A stretch of 64,000 nucleotides of DNA from Tortispora ganteri (Eukaryota), in NCBI GenBank assembly GCA_003707115.1, contig PPNB01000004.1, positions 1 to 64,000 of the forward strand, read 5' to 3'. Below, piece after piece: positions 12,052-25,454 of the stretch (the stretch's first letter is position 1; each line of letters opens with the position of its first letter). A program made the position numbers and the translations under genes. The notes under the pieces are model-generated. The model searched no databases, was not told where the DNA came from, and was given only the letters and a program-made list of their open reading frames with translations.

Positions 12052-12745
12052 ATGGCGCAAGACGAGTATGATATTTTATTCAAAGGTAAGTGTTGCAAGC
12101 ACGGGCGAATCAGAATCAAATACTAACTAGATTGTTGTAGTCGTCCTAATTGGAGATTCAGGTGTAGGAAAATCCAACCTGCTCACTAGATTTACGAGAA
12201 ACGAGTTTAATCTGGAATCACAATCTACTATTGGTGTAGAGTTTGCCACTAGAACTATTCAAGTTGAAGGGAAAACTGTTAAAGCACAGATATGGGACAC
12301 GGCCGGCCAGGAGCGGTACCGCGCCATCACCGCCGCGTACTATCGAGGCGCCGCCGGAGCCATGCTTGTTTATGACATTGCTAGTCAAAGCTCTTACGAA
12401 CATGTGTCCAGGTGGTTAAAGGAACTCAGAGACCATGCTGATGCCAATATTGCTGTGATGTTAGTTGGTAACAAAAGTGATCTTAAACACTTACGTGAAG
12501 TTCCTACAGAGCAAGCCAGGAGCTTCGCCGCAGAACATAACCTATCTTTCATTGAAACATCTGCCCTGGATGCGTCAAATGTTGACCAGGCATTTATTAC
12601 CGTTCTGAACGAGCTTTATGAAATATATAAAGTTAAACAACTAGAACAAGGTGATTCCGCGGGACCTCGCCCTGGTGATGGTACTACCATTTCGTTTACT
12701 CCTACTGCTGGCGATGATAAGAAAAAAACAAGCAACTGCTGCTAA
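12052..12745 (+). CDS. YPT31: Rab11-family GTPase; exons 12052-12085 and 12141-12745, intron 12086-12140
   Basis: Spliced [49 protein letters not shown]-terminal CC. 55-nt GTAAGT...TACTAAC...TAG intron. Confidence 0.95.
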
Positions 12746-12855
12746 ATTCGAATAAATACACAGACTTTATGCTCGTCATATTGTTTCAGCTCTCATTATG
12801 TGCGTGTTTTAATGTTTGTTCTTTTATCATATATCAGTTTAATTATTACTTATGT

Positions 12856-13386
12856 TTATGAAGCATTAAATTCCTCATCGTCCTCTTCGTCGTCGTCGTC
12901 GTCGTCGTCGTCGCCTCCATTGTCCACTTCCTTCATCTTTCCGGCTGACTCCTTGGCTTTTCTTTCTTCTTCTTCAATGCGTGCATAATCAATTTTGTGT
13001 CCTCTTGTACGTCTTCCTGTAGTTATAATGTTACTGGTATCGATTTCGGAAAGATCGTCTTCATCCGCGTCTTCAGCTACCACTTCGTCATCGCCGTTCT
13101 CGTTCTCTTCGCTATCAGATCCAGAATCAGACTCAGATTCCTCTTCAGGCTCTAATTTTCTCCTCTTTTTAGCCAATCCACTAAATTTGCCTTTCGGTTT
13201 GTTTTCAGTCGGCTTCTCTTTCTCCACTTCTGTGGTTGACGCGACCCCCTCTTTCTCTGGTTGCTTGTCTTTCACAGTCTCAATCGCGGGCTCTTTGACC
13301 TCAATCTTATTTTCTTCCCCATTTTTAACCACTTTTGACTCGGTATCCAGCTCAGAAGCTGTTCGCTTTACGGGTGCTTCTTCCAT
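12856..13386 (-). CDS. CHZ1: H2A.Z histone chaperone Chz1
   Basis: CHZ motif DDLSEIDTSNIITTGRRTRGHKIDY in an acidic protein. First ATG at 13386; a (GAC)n tract encodes the poly-Asp tail. Confidence 0.9.
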   Translation of the reverse strand: MEEAPVKRTASELDTESKVVKNGEENKIEVKEPAIETVKDKQPEKEGVASTTEVEKEKPTENKPKGKFSGLAKKRRKLEPEEESESDSGSDSEENENGDDEVVAEDADEDDLSEIDTSNIITTGRRTRGHKIDYARIEEEERKAKESAGKMKEVDNGGDDDDDDDDEEDDEEFNAS

Positions 13387-13555
13387 CTCGACTTTTAGTA
13401 CAATGTAAAGTAGTGTTTCTTGGGAAGTGAGTGCAATACTAATAGTCCCCTTTTCCAAGCGGTTAACTTTGGCGGGCACCGTTAGCAGTTAGCTATGCTT
13501 CATCGCAATTAAACCACTAAATTCATACATTAAACGTATAATAATAAATGATGGA

Positions 13556-14833
13556 TCAATCCGAATTGTGCGCGTCCGTTCCCCAAGACAAATAACTATG
13601 ATCGCCAATGCGACGCGGCTTAATTAGGTGTCGTAGAAGGAATATCGTACCGAGTAGCAGACATACCGCACCTACAACTAGGTATGCGATACCTAAGAAC
13701 GGATTATAGCCACCTATAACTGTGGTCGTAGATATTAAAATCGATTTTGTGCCACCATAAATGTGCGCAGGGAAGTTTAAGGCTGCATCTATCTGGTATG
13801 TACCGCTCTGCATGGTGCTTGTACGGTTAACTAGGGCCAGTTTCGAAAACGTCGGCAGACCTGAAATCTCCATCCAGTTCTGAAGCTCATATGCTGTGGA
13901 TAAATCAATAAAATTCTCTTCTGTGTAACCGTCTGGATACCTCAGCGCCCAGTTAGGTGGAGGCACTACCTGCGTGTAGTTGTACTTTGTCTTTCTAAAC
14001 CGCTCTGACGACGACGGCCAACTGATGTCGTTATTGGTCATATAGTAGGTTTCACCATATGAAGACGAAGAAGAGGCGTCAGGGTTCAGCAGAATCGGGT
14101 TAGTGTAAGTATCGTTAAATTGTGAGTTAGCGATAAGTCCACAAGGATAATAAGGGATCCCATCTTCATTTACAATCAGAGGAGTGCATTCACCATTTGA
14201 CTCCAGCTCAGCTGCAGTCAGCGCAGCACCTTCAAGTTGATCTTCATTAAACGATCGAACGTATCTTCGATGGTTCTGATAAAAATTCGTAAGATGATAG
14301 TATAATAAAGTATCTGGGCCAAGCGGACCGGGTAGATCAAATTGGATTCTGCAGGCATACTGGCCAGACACATCCAAAGCATCAGTAGGATCGAAATCGC
14401 TAGGTGGCTCTTGGTCAGGAGCCAGACCTGCAGGAATAAGTTTCCATCGAACAGAACTTCGAGCAGCAGCGGAATCACCATGTTTCATGTATACTTCCAC
14501 GTTGCTTGTTGGGACGGCAGAAAACACCGTAGTTGCATCTCTACCGCAATACGTATAATCTATTTGTATCTTTTCGGCTTTTAGGCCAGCATAAAGCAAA
14601 CCGCCACCTAATGGAGCAAATATAGCACCGAGAGCAAAAAACAGCGGAAGTACTGTTTTTGGTGACAAAATAGGTCTAGATAATGGCGTTAGTTAACGTT
14701 TCTTTTGCTATAAAAACATAATCAATACTTACTGCCATGCTTTGAGCCTTTGCTGTCGAAATGCAGTATTAGGCGGTCTACGAGACTTTTTCTTCTTTTC
14801 CGTAGTATCTTCGTGCACAGAATCCGCAGTCAT
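13556..14833 (-). CDS. CDC50: Cdc50/Lem3 flippase beta subunit; exons 14733-14833 and 13556-14675, intron 14676-14732
   Basis: Spliced N-terminus [46 protein letters not shown], two TM segments. 57-nt GTAAGT...AACTAAC...TAG intron. Confidence 0.93.
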
Positions 14834-15129
14834 TACGAATATGTGGTTACGTGGTGAAAAGGTGAAAAGGTGAAAGGGAGAAGTAAGAGGCCCCCCAGCG
14901 GCTTGGGCGTTGGTGTGTGTGCAGGTGCCACCTCAACTCCCTCATTCTTACTTACTACCTATTTTAAGGTTCACAAACTATTATAATGGACCCTCGAAAC
15001 TTAGCGTTGCATGTATGTTTGGCAATGTCAGATTAATTGCTGCTATAGGTGACCTACAAATATCTAATAAGATAGTTTCTGCTTCAATTAAAAACATAAT
15101 TCATCAATATTTGTTAAATACTGCAGATA

Positions 15130-15660
15130 TCATTTCCGAGTTTGTACTAACGTAAACCCATCCTCGTCTACAACAGGCCCAGTTGGGTGCCGTTGCTCGT
15201 TCTGCGATCCAACCAGAATTGGAGCTTCTTCATCGCTTCCAGACAACTCTTCATCGTTCTCTGCATCTTCTTGGACCTCTATATCAACTTTAAGCTCTCC
15301 TCCTTGTCGATCAAGGAACTTCTGATATAATCGATCAATAGTGCTGAAATCACTCGACTGTACGCCAGTATACATGTCCATTATCAATTTAGAGACTTCA
15401 TACGCCGACTCATCTTCAATAACTACATCAAACTCGTCCTCCATAACTTGGAGTAGTCTGGCTTCAACTAGTTCGGCGTCTATCTCTGAAGATTCAAAGA
15501 ACAAATCGACTACCGCTCCTGCCATCCAGTCACGCTTATCTGCGCTCTCAGATCCTCCCCACTGATTGACCACAGCCGTAGTCAGTACATCCCATTCTCT
15601 TAACGCCATCGCAACGCCCAGCTCAAATCTCGCCTGCTGTTTGTTCTCCGTACTGCTCAT
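15130..15660 (-). CDS. TSR2: Pre-rRNA processing protein Tsr2 (eS26 escortin)
   Basis: WGG domain (NQWGGSESADKRDWMAG), EDEFDVVIEDES, C-terminal VDEDGFTLVQ. Confidence 0.93.
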   Translation of the reverse strand: MSSTENKQQARFELGVAMALREWDVLTTAVVNQWGGSESADKRDWMAGAVVDLFFESSEIDAELVEARLLQVMEDEFDVVIEDESAYEVSKLIMDMYTGVQSSDFSTIDRLYQKFLDRQGGELKVDIEVQEDAENDEELSGSDEEAPILVGSQNEQRHPTGPVVDEDGFTLVQTRK

Positions 15661-15891
15661 AATTATGATCTGTGGCTTTGTCGAAGAAATAATGAAAATT
15701 CATGAAAAAATCACTGCACAGCTAAGCAGCCAATCACAATGCGTGTCTGTTCCCAACCTAGTCGTCTCATATTAACCGCTTCATCTCAACACCACAATTA
15801 AGTTAAAGTTGCCTTAAGGTTCTCAACCTCTAATTGGTCCGTGATGGTGCAATCGATTTCTTTCTTGCGTTCTCCACAAATTAATTGCTAG

Positions 15892-17295
<1,404 letters not shown>

Positions 17296-17499
17296 ATTCT
17301 TTCTCTCTTTCACATACTATTCAGAAGAGGCTTTATTCACAAGAAAAGTAGAAGAAACTACGAACCATTTTATCATTAATAGAAGTGTATTCGCTTGATA
17401 ATTTTTTCCTTTACGAACTAATACTATCACTGATAGTCCCCGCATTAAAGAAAACGTAAAATCTATTCGTTATATAAATATCCCCCTTGAACATTTCCA

Positions 17500-18282
17500 T
17501 CATGTAAGTAGAATCGCGTTAACGCATCCATCGCGATCTGGTTCATTAGTAATCTGAGCGTATTTTCCCCACACTACTTTACCACCTGCAGTAACTAAAC
17601 CGAGCTCTGAAACATTGACTTCGATAACAGTTCCTCTCGTGAGAACTCCTAACTGCGTGTAATTGGAGCTTTGAGGGTTTTTCTTAACACTTAGAATCGG
17701 TAATCGAACAGTTACACCAAGTTCTGAATGAGTGACATTCGCATATTTCTGTCTTAATGCTTGAGGCCGAATAATTCTTTCCATTTTAACGGGTCGTCTT
17801 GTGAAATTGTCACCCACAAAAGTGTGCTTAGTGATCATGCGCTTCCAAGCTTTTGTCTTCTTCTTTCCGGTCCTTACTACCTTAAACATTTCTTCTTCAG
17901 ATATACCACGTACTTTTGGAAGCGGAACGGAAAACTTATCTGTTTTCTCAGCCCTTCTCTGCTTGATACTCGATGATATAGCTTTAGCAGAACCCCCTTG
18001 TTGACGATCTAACAAATAAGGAGGCAGGGCGTCACCAGACTCAGGATCAGGTGCAGCAGTTTTAACCTTAGACTCATCATGTGCCTTGATCTTCTTCTTG
18101 AGAGCAACTTTTTCGTCTCTTCTTTGAAGTGCAAACTTCTTTGCTCTCCAGCCTCTTAAATCTTTCGCATCTTTCGAAATCTTATGCGCTGAACGGGCTT
18201 CTCTCTTTCTTACTCTCTCTTCGTGGTCTAGACGACGTCCATGCTTCTTAATATGTCTCTCGATATGCTCGTTTTGAGGCAT
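17500..18282 (-). CDS. NSA2: 60S biogenesis factor Nsa2
   Basis: [53 protein letters not shown]; 260 aa. Confidence 0.97.
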   Translation of the reverse strand: MPQNEHIERHIKKHGRRLDHEERVRKREARSAHKISKDAKDLRGWRAKKFALQRRDEKVALKKKIKAHDESKVKTAAPDPESGDALPPYLLDRQQGGSAKAISSSIKQRRAEKTDKFSVPLPKVRGISEEEMFKVVRTGKKKTKAWKRMITKHTFVGDNFTRRPVKMERIIRPQALRQKYANVTHSELGVTVRLPILSVKKNPQSSNYTQLGVLTRGTVIEVNVSELGLVTAGGKVVWGKYAQITNEPDRDGCVNAILLT

Positions 18283-18503
18283 CGCTAATGGTCAATCAAG
18301 GTCTTTCTTTCTCTAAAAGAAACTAAAGCTTTGAACAAAAGGAAGAAAAAAAGTCTTAGTTATTTTGATGTTAACCAGTTGGGAGAATGGAGTCATCTGA
18401 TTGGCCTATCTCTTTACAGTTCACATCAAATAGTTTAAAGGTAAAATAGCACAGACACAGTCGATATTCTTTTTATTTGAAAGTGATATTACAATATAGT
18501 GTT

Positions 18504-20092
18504 CTAAATAACATAAGGAATGAACAAGTACGGAACTTGACGCTCATACTCTTCCCAATCCTTACCATATTTGCGACGACATCTCTCGATGTCACGACTG
18601 GCTCTGTGTACGAGCACAGTGAAAAAGAACACCGGATAAAAGTACGCAACAGGTGAAGAAAAGCCTGTAATCAGCGACCACGACAACGCTTGAAACCAAT
18701 CTGCAGCATAATGGATCTTTCGAGCCTTACCATACCATCCATCTGTCAGCAAAGAGCCGCCGTTCTTACATTTGATGTATGACGGATTTTCAATCGTCTG
18801 ATAAGGAACTTGTGGAAAAGCCTTGCGCAGTTTCAACGTTCCAAGCATCTGTTGACGAAACCGATTCTTTTGAGAATTTGCCGAGTCAAACACCCAATAG
18901 CAAAAGATTAGTAAAGAGGTCACAAACAAATTGTAGTACCAGGGCCATGCGTATTCCGATGGATCATGGTTAGCCAAGAACAATACTGAGTTGCAGTATG
19001 TAAAAGGGACGCCTGCCATGTTCCAAAACAAAAGCATAAAACCAAATTTTTCGTAGAACATATCCCATGAAGTAGTAATCAACTCTTCACCTTTCGCACA
19101 AGCGTTTGTGTATAGCCAGTAGGCGAAAAGCAGATGAAAAGTTTGATACGGGATATATCCATAATCATCATACTGACGTGCAGCAGTTGAAATACCAATA
19201 AAGAGGAGAATAAACCAAGGAAGTCTAACTTCAAAGAACATCTTGATATCAATTATCCCAATACGAGGGTTAAGCATAGCACCCATGAATACATCATAAA
19301 TGAAATTTCCAGTCATTCGAAACGTCTGCTTAGTAAAAACAGCATAAAAGTAAAAAACAAAAGGAAGTGTTAACCCGGAAATAATGCAGACTGACATAAC
19401 ATGCCCGAAGTTGTCAATGAGATATCTCAAAGGTAGAATTCCCAGAAAGTGCAATGCAAAGGCAATGCCAATGGTAGTGTACAGTGAGTAGACAGCACTG
19501 CAGTGATATGGCAGCCTTTTATTTCCAAGGTGGGGAAGAGGAAGACCTTCAGTATCAAAACCAGGAAGGTAGACGTAAAATACAGCTTCCATCAACAAAA
19601 AGCCCCAGACCAAGACCCACGCAGATAAAGTAGGGAACGCATCGGTCCACACATAATCGACTAGAGTGAGAAAAAAATCACCCCAAGATTGTCCATCTTC
19701 AGGCCATGCAAATGAGCCGTCGTAAAAAGTGGCAGAAATCCATAAATAGTACATCAAGATCGGAAATCCCGTCATCATAGCAGTTACACCAGCCGGCCCT
19801 CCGAAGGCAAAGTCTTCAGGCTGTTCCAGCTCGGTCAGTTTAGTAGTTTTACGTTTAGAAGGACTTCTCGATCTAGTGCTCTGACGAGTAGGTGCCTTAG
19901 CATCATCTTTAACAGGACTTTTTCGTTGTCGCGTAGGAGAACGCGTAGGAGAACGCGTCCGCGATTTCGGCGATGCCGATTTAGGAGTTACCTTTCTGCA
20001 GACAACGGAGTTAGTAATCGAGATGTTTACCATAAAATCTATAACTTGTTTTTTTCTACTTACCTTGGACTCGTGCTTCGGGTAGCTACCAT
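18504..20092 (-). CDS. ERG4: Sterol C-24(28) reductase; exons 20064-20092 and 18504-19995, intron 19996-20063
   Basis: FGGPAGV, DIKMFFEVRLPW, NACAKGEELI..SWDMFYEKFGFML, LLTDGWYGKARKIHY, C-terminal VPYLFIPYVI. 68-nt GTAAGT...TACTAAC...CAG intron after MVATRSTSP. Confidence 0.93.
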
Positions 20093-20873
20093 CGGAGGAA
20101 TACAATCGGAAGTTCGAAGCCGGTGAGGTAAACAAAAGATAGAAGGTTAGAGTGAACTGTCTGATAGGACGGGAAAGTCCATACTGAATATGGTTATAAC
20201 CATGGTAACTACTACTGGCTAATAGTATGACTAAAACACCCCTTAACCCTGAAGTCCCATCGCTCCCCGAGTATATGATGCATGACTATATGAATAGCAA
20301 TAGCAAAGCGGCGTAAATCTGCCTTAAAACTGTGAAGTCATATATCTGCAGAGGTCAGTTGCGTTCGGAGCTCTATCAAAAAAGCTTTTCGCCACTATTT
20401 TCCTACATCATATAGAGATTTTCCTTAGTTTTAAGTCTCTTTCTATAAAAGAAAATGGCTCGTGGCTAACCAAATAGTCATCCCTTGGAGGTGCGGATCC
20501 CTAGTCTATCATTGGGTGACAGACACGAGTAAAGTTATATTGCATATCCGACCTTATCACAATTGCGAACAAACAAGGCTAATCAAGCTTACCATTGCAG
20601 GTAACCTTGTATACGTAAGACATTCTTTCCCTATTAAGCGGAAATTTTACGGCTTTTACGTAATAAATGTGTGTAATGTATTTATAATAGAACAATTGGG
20701 TTGAAAATCGGATATACGCTATAACTTAGTTGCCGTTAAGAGTCTGGGGGAACGGCCAATTAAACATAGTAAAAAGTTTGTTGTTATAGAAACACCAATG
20801 AAATCACTCTATCGTCCTGTTACCCCAAAAGTAAGATGACCGGAAAAGTGATTCGAGGCAAATGGAAAGGAGG

Positions 20874-20881
20874 TATAAATA
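20874..20881 (+). promoter_or_regulatory. TATA box of the GAPDH gene
   Basis: TATAAATA about 150 nt upstream of ATG 21029. Confidence 0.55.
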
Positions 20882-20995
20882 GTAGGTAATGGACACTTCG
20901 GTCACCTTCCCTGCAGAAAAAACTTAGAATATCACTCCATATTTTTTCTTCTGATCAATTGTTTCGAAACTAATCAATCGAAACTAAACAATTAA

Positions 20996-22042
<1,047 letters not shown>

Positions 22043-22456
22043 ATGTTTTTTCCTTCTCCATTTTTCCTCTATACATTCGGTTTTTTCTGATATCCATGTT
22101 TCCGTAATATGATTATTGTACTCAGATTATATCACCCACGCCCAAACCCTATAACCTAATTATCGGCTTCACGTATACTTAACTCTATATAACGTTGAAA
22201 CTCTCTTTTTCCGATTTAGACAACCACTCGTAAGAGAGAGATCTTCTTCTGGGTACGCTGTTTTACGGCAATCGCTCTTAGTTTTTAAATTGTGTATTAC
22301 GCTCCTAGATTTCTTATTTGAAAGGTTCTCTTATTGTTAGGCTAATTTGCTGTTATTTCTATCTAACTCTCTTCCCTTTTCATACTAATCTATCCTCACC
22401 CCTTTTTTGGCGTCCAAATAGCACCGGTTGCACTTTACTAGACTTCTAGCGGAATA

Positions 22457-24625
22457 ATGGAGCGAGAAACTATTATTAAGGATGTAAGCGTTGGCTACAT
22501 TAATGGCTCGAATGTACCGAACCGCTCTGACCCGAACTCCAACGAAGTTAAGCCTACTTCAACAGACTGTAACGGGAACGGGATAACTCGTGATGGTCAT
22601 AAATCAACCGCGGTATATCTACCAGGCCTAGACTCTCATACTTGCAGCGTTCTTGGGTTTTCCTCAAAGCGAACGGGTATTGTTTATGATGCCCGAATGC
22701 GTGGACATGCAAAGCTGATTATGTCTTCATATGACTATGCTGACCCGCATCCCGAAGATCCTCGGCGCACGTACCGCATATACAAAACTTTAGCTGAAGC
22801 TGGTCTTGTTGACGACCATAACTTTGCCGGTGTGTTGGACGTTGGTCGCATAATGCATAGAATACCTGCGCGAGAAGCAACAGCGGAAGAAATTTTGTCT
22901 GTTCATACTAAAGAACATTACGATTTTCTCGAGTCAACACAAACAATGCCCGAGGAAGATCTAATACGATATACCGAAGAAGGTGATTCAGTCTATTTTA
23001 ACCATGATTCATTTTATTGTGCTAAGTTGTCCGCTGGTGGCACTATCGAAGCTTGTTTTGCTGTTGTCGAGGAAACTGTCAAGAATGCAATAGCAGTAGT
23101 GCGGCCTCCGGGGCATCACGCAGAACCCGAGAAACCAGGTGGATTCTGCATGTTTGCAAATGTATCTATTGCTGCAAAGTGTGTATTTAACAAGTATCCG
23201 TCTATAAAGAAGATTGCCATAATTGATTGGGATGTACATCATGGCAATGGGACTCAAAAGGCGTTCTATGATGACCCTCGTGTCTTATTCATTTCTTTAC
23301 ATCGCTATGATAATGGTCACTTTTATCCTTCAGGCCCTGCTGGAAACTTGGATATGTGTGGCAAAGGCGAAGGTGCTGGGTATAACATTAACATTCCATG
23401 GCCTTGTAAAGGCATGAAAGATGGTGACTATATTTACGCATTTCGGAAAATTGTCATGCCTGTGTGTGAAGAATTTGACCCGGATCTTGTTATCATTTCG
23501 TCTGGATTTGATGCTGCGTTAGGAGACGAACTCGGAGGTTGTTGTCTTAAACCTGCAGGTTACAGTCACCTTACTCATATGCTTAAATCTTTAGCCGGCG
23601 GCAAGGTTTGTTGCGTACTAGAAGGTGGATACAACTTGAATTCTATTTCGGTATCAGCTCTCGCAGTCACGCGAACACTCTTAGGAGAACCTCCAATGCA
23701 TGTCGAAGATATAGAGTTTTCAGCTCCGTGTGCTAAAGTTGTGGCGCAAGTTGCTAATATCCAGTCTACGTATTGGAAATGTCTGCGTCCTGGTAAAAAC
23801 GTTATTACTTCTATGAAAGGCAAGGATGGCTATGAGCGGCTGCATGATGTTATAAGGCAGTACCAGGCCCGATCGTTATACGAGAAGTTTTCTATGACTC
23901 AGTTGCCTATACTAAGGGATCGAACATCACCATCCTTCAGCGAACAGGTACTTGCTACGCCCTCCTTCCACGAGAACACGAAAGGGTTAGTTGTGTTTGT
24001 TCATGATACTTTGGATGTACAAGGTTATGTTGATCCTGTTACAGGTGCTTTAGATGTCTCCGAGAGTTATCTGCTAACACCAGAAAACCGCTATATAAAG
24101 TGGTCCATAGACCAAGGGTATGCTGTTGTTGATATCAATGTACCCTCAATTCTTACAGATTTAGATGATGAGGATGGTTACCAAGCTGCAGCTAATGCGC
24201 TCGATCTGATGATATATATGTGGGACTACTATTTGGATCATGCAGCTGCGCCGAAGATCATATTCTTTGGCATAGGAGAAGCATGTCAGTCTTTAGTGCA
24301 CCTATTAGGGCACAGAGATACTCGTGAGCGTACGAGAGCTGCTATTTCAGTTGTTGGGCCTTCTTCATTGAAAGCAATTGTTACCATTTTAGATGAGTAT
24401 GTGGTTGATTGGTATCATCGATCGTCACTAGTTATATTATCGAACGATCATCCTATTTGGGACCCTACTTCACATGGAAAGAAGCCTCGACGAAAGCTAG
24501 GTACGTTAGTGCGAGCTGACAAGATAACGACGTACGAGATTTTGAATGACTTGGCTGAAGACATACTGGAATACATGTCTGACGCTATGGAGGATGAAGA
24601 CGCCGATATGAACGACGAACGATGA
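22457..24625 (+). CDS. HDA1: Class II histone deacetylase Hda1/Clr3 with C-terminal Arb2 domain
   Basis: HPEDPRR, VRPPGHHAE, IDWDVHHGNGTQ, SGFDAALGD, LEGGYNL, followed by an Arb2-like region. Confidence 0.95.
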   Translation: MERETIIKDVSVGYINGSNVPNRSDPNSNEVKPTSTDCNGNGITRDGHKSTAVYLPGLDSHTCSVLGFSSKRTGIVYDARMRGHAKLIMSSYDYADPHPEDPRRTYRIYKTLAEAGLVDDHNFAGVLDVGRIMHRIPAREATAEEILSVHTKEHYDFLESTQTMPEEDLIRYTEEGDSVYFNHDSFYCAKLSAGGTIEACFAVVEETVKNAIAVVRPPGHHAEPEKPGGFCMFANVSIAAKCVFNKYPSIKKIAIIDWDVHHGNGTQKAFYDDPRVLFISLHRYDNGHFYPSGPAGNLDMCGKGEGAGYNINIPWPCKGMKDGDYIYAFRKIVMPVCEEFDPDLVIISSGFDAALGDELGGCCLKPAGYSHLTHMLKSLAGGKVCCVLEGGYNLNSISVSALAVTRTLLGEPPMHVEDIEFSAPCAKVVAQVANIQSTYWKCLRPGKNVITSMKGKDGYERLHDVIRQYQARSLYEKFSMTQLPILRDRTSPSFSEQVLATPSFHENTKGLVVFVHDTLDVQGYVDPVTGALDVSESYLLTPENRYIKWSIDQGYAVVDINVPSILTDLDDEDGYQAAANALDLMIYMWDYYLDHAAAPKIIFFGIGEACQSLVHLLGHRDTRERTRAAISVVGPSSLKAIVTILDEYVVDWYHRSSLVILSNDHPIWDPTSHGKKPRRKLGTLVRADKITTYEILNDLAEDILEYMSDAMEDEDADMNDER

Positions 24626-24813
24626 TCTTTTTTTTTTTTTTACTACAATGTAGAAGGGTAAAATTGTCTTATTCTAGCTCTAGACACTTGATCTATTGCT
24701 TTTACTTGCGTAGATTGTGAGAATTAATGTGAAAATATTTGTAAACAAATTAATTTTTGTTATTAATTAACTATGGTGTTATATTGAAAGTGTTTCACCA
24801 AACTTACGGAAGA

Positions 24814-24887
24814 GGTTCGATGGTCTAGTTGGTTATGGCATCTGCCTAACACGCAGAACGTCCCCAGTTCGATCCTGGGTCGAATCA
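24814..24887 (+). tRNA. tRNA-Val (anticodon AAC), intronless
   Basis: Acceptor stem GGTTCGA/TCGAATC, A box TGGTCTAGTTGG, anticodon arm TCTGC-CTAACAC-GCAGA, T arm GTTCGATCC, oligo-T terminator about 10 nt downstream. Confidence 0.96.
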
Positions 24888-25454
24888 TTCCTATCTTTTT
24901 GTACTATCTGCAGATGGTACCAAACGTTCTTTTATATGAAATTTATATTTAAGATATATTAAATTTTTGTAAAGAATGATTGTAAGGGATATTTGGTTCG
25001 GTGGGTTATAAGATTTAAAAGGGTCTAGATGCATTTGAATTTAATGAAGGTCAGAAAAAGGGGAAAAAGCTTAATTGTAACAGCGGTATGAAATATCGTA
25101 CTATCATTAGCAATAATTCAAATAAAAACATATATTATTGCATAACCAATTATTTTACTTTCTGTTTATAATGATGTAAGCAGTATATATATGCAGAGTT
25201 AGGAATTATTAGTACTTTATAAAATAGATGAAAAGACATTGTTGAATGTGAGTAGAAACAATAGTGAAGCTTAACCTTAAATAAGATGAGATCGTTCTTG
25301 GTAGTAAGGGGAATGGGATGACGGCGAGAAAGTGTATTGAGATTGACCGATTAGGAGTTATATTGTTGGAATTTGAGAGCCATACATTGACGTGGAATGT
25401 ACATAATACATAAAAAAGGGGTCCAAGAAATTTTGCGATTGTTTTTGATGTATA

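Noticed and set aside
14853..14876. (GGTGAAAA) triplication upstream of CDC50 and other short repeats
   Set aside because: Simple slippage repeats or pyrimidine-rich core-promoter tracts; no spacers, not CRISPR- or transposon-like.
20093..20135. ORF-track N-terminal extensions of ERG4, CHZ1, MOSC, RAX1, cwf18 from TTG/GTG starts
   Set aside because: Eukaryotic context; ATG starts, with introns where noted, give conserved N-termini.
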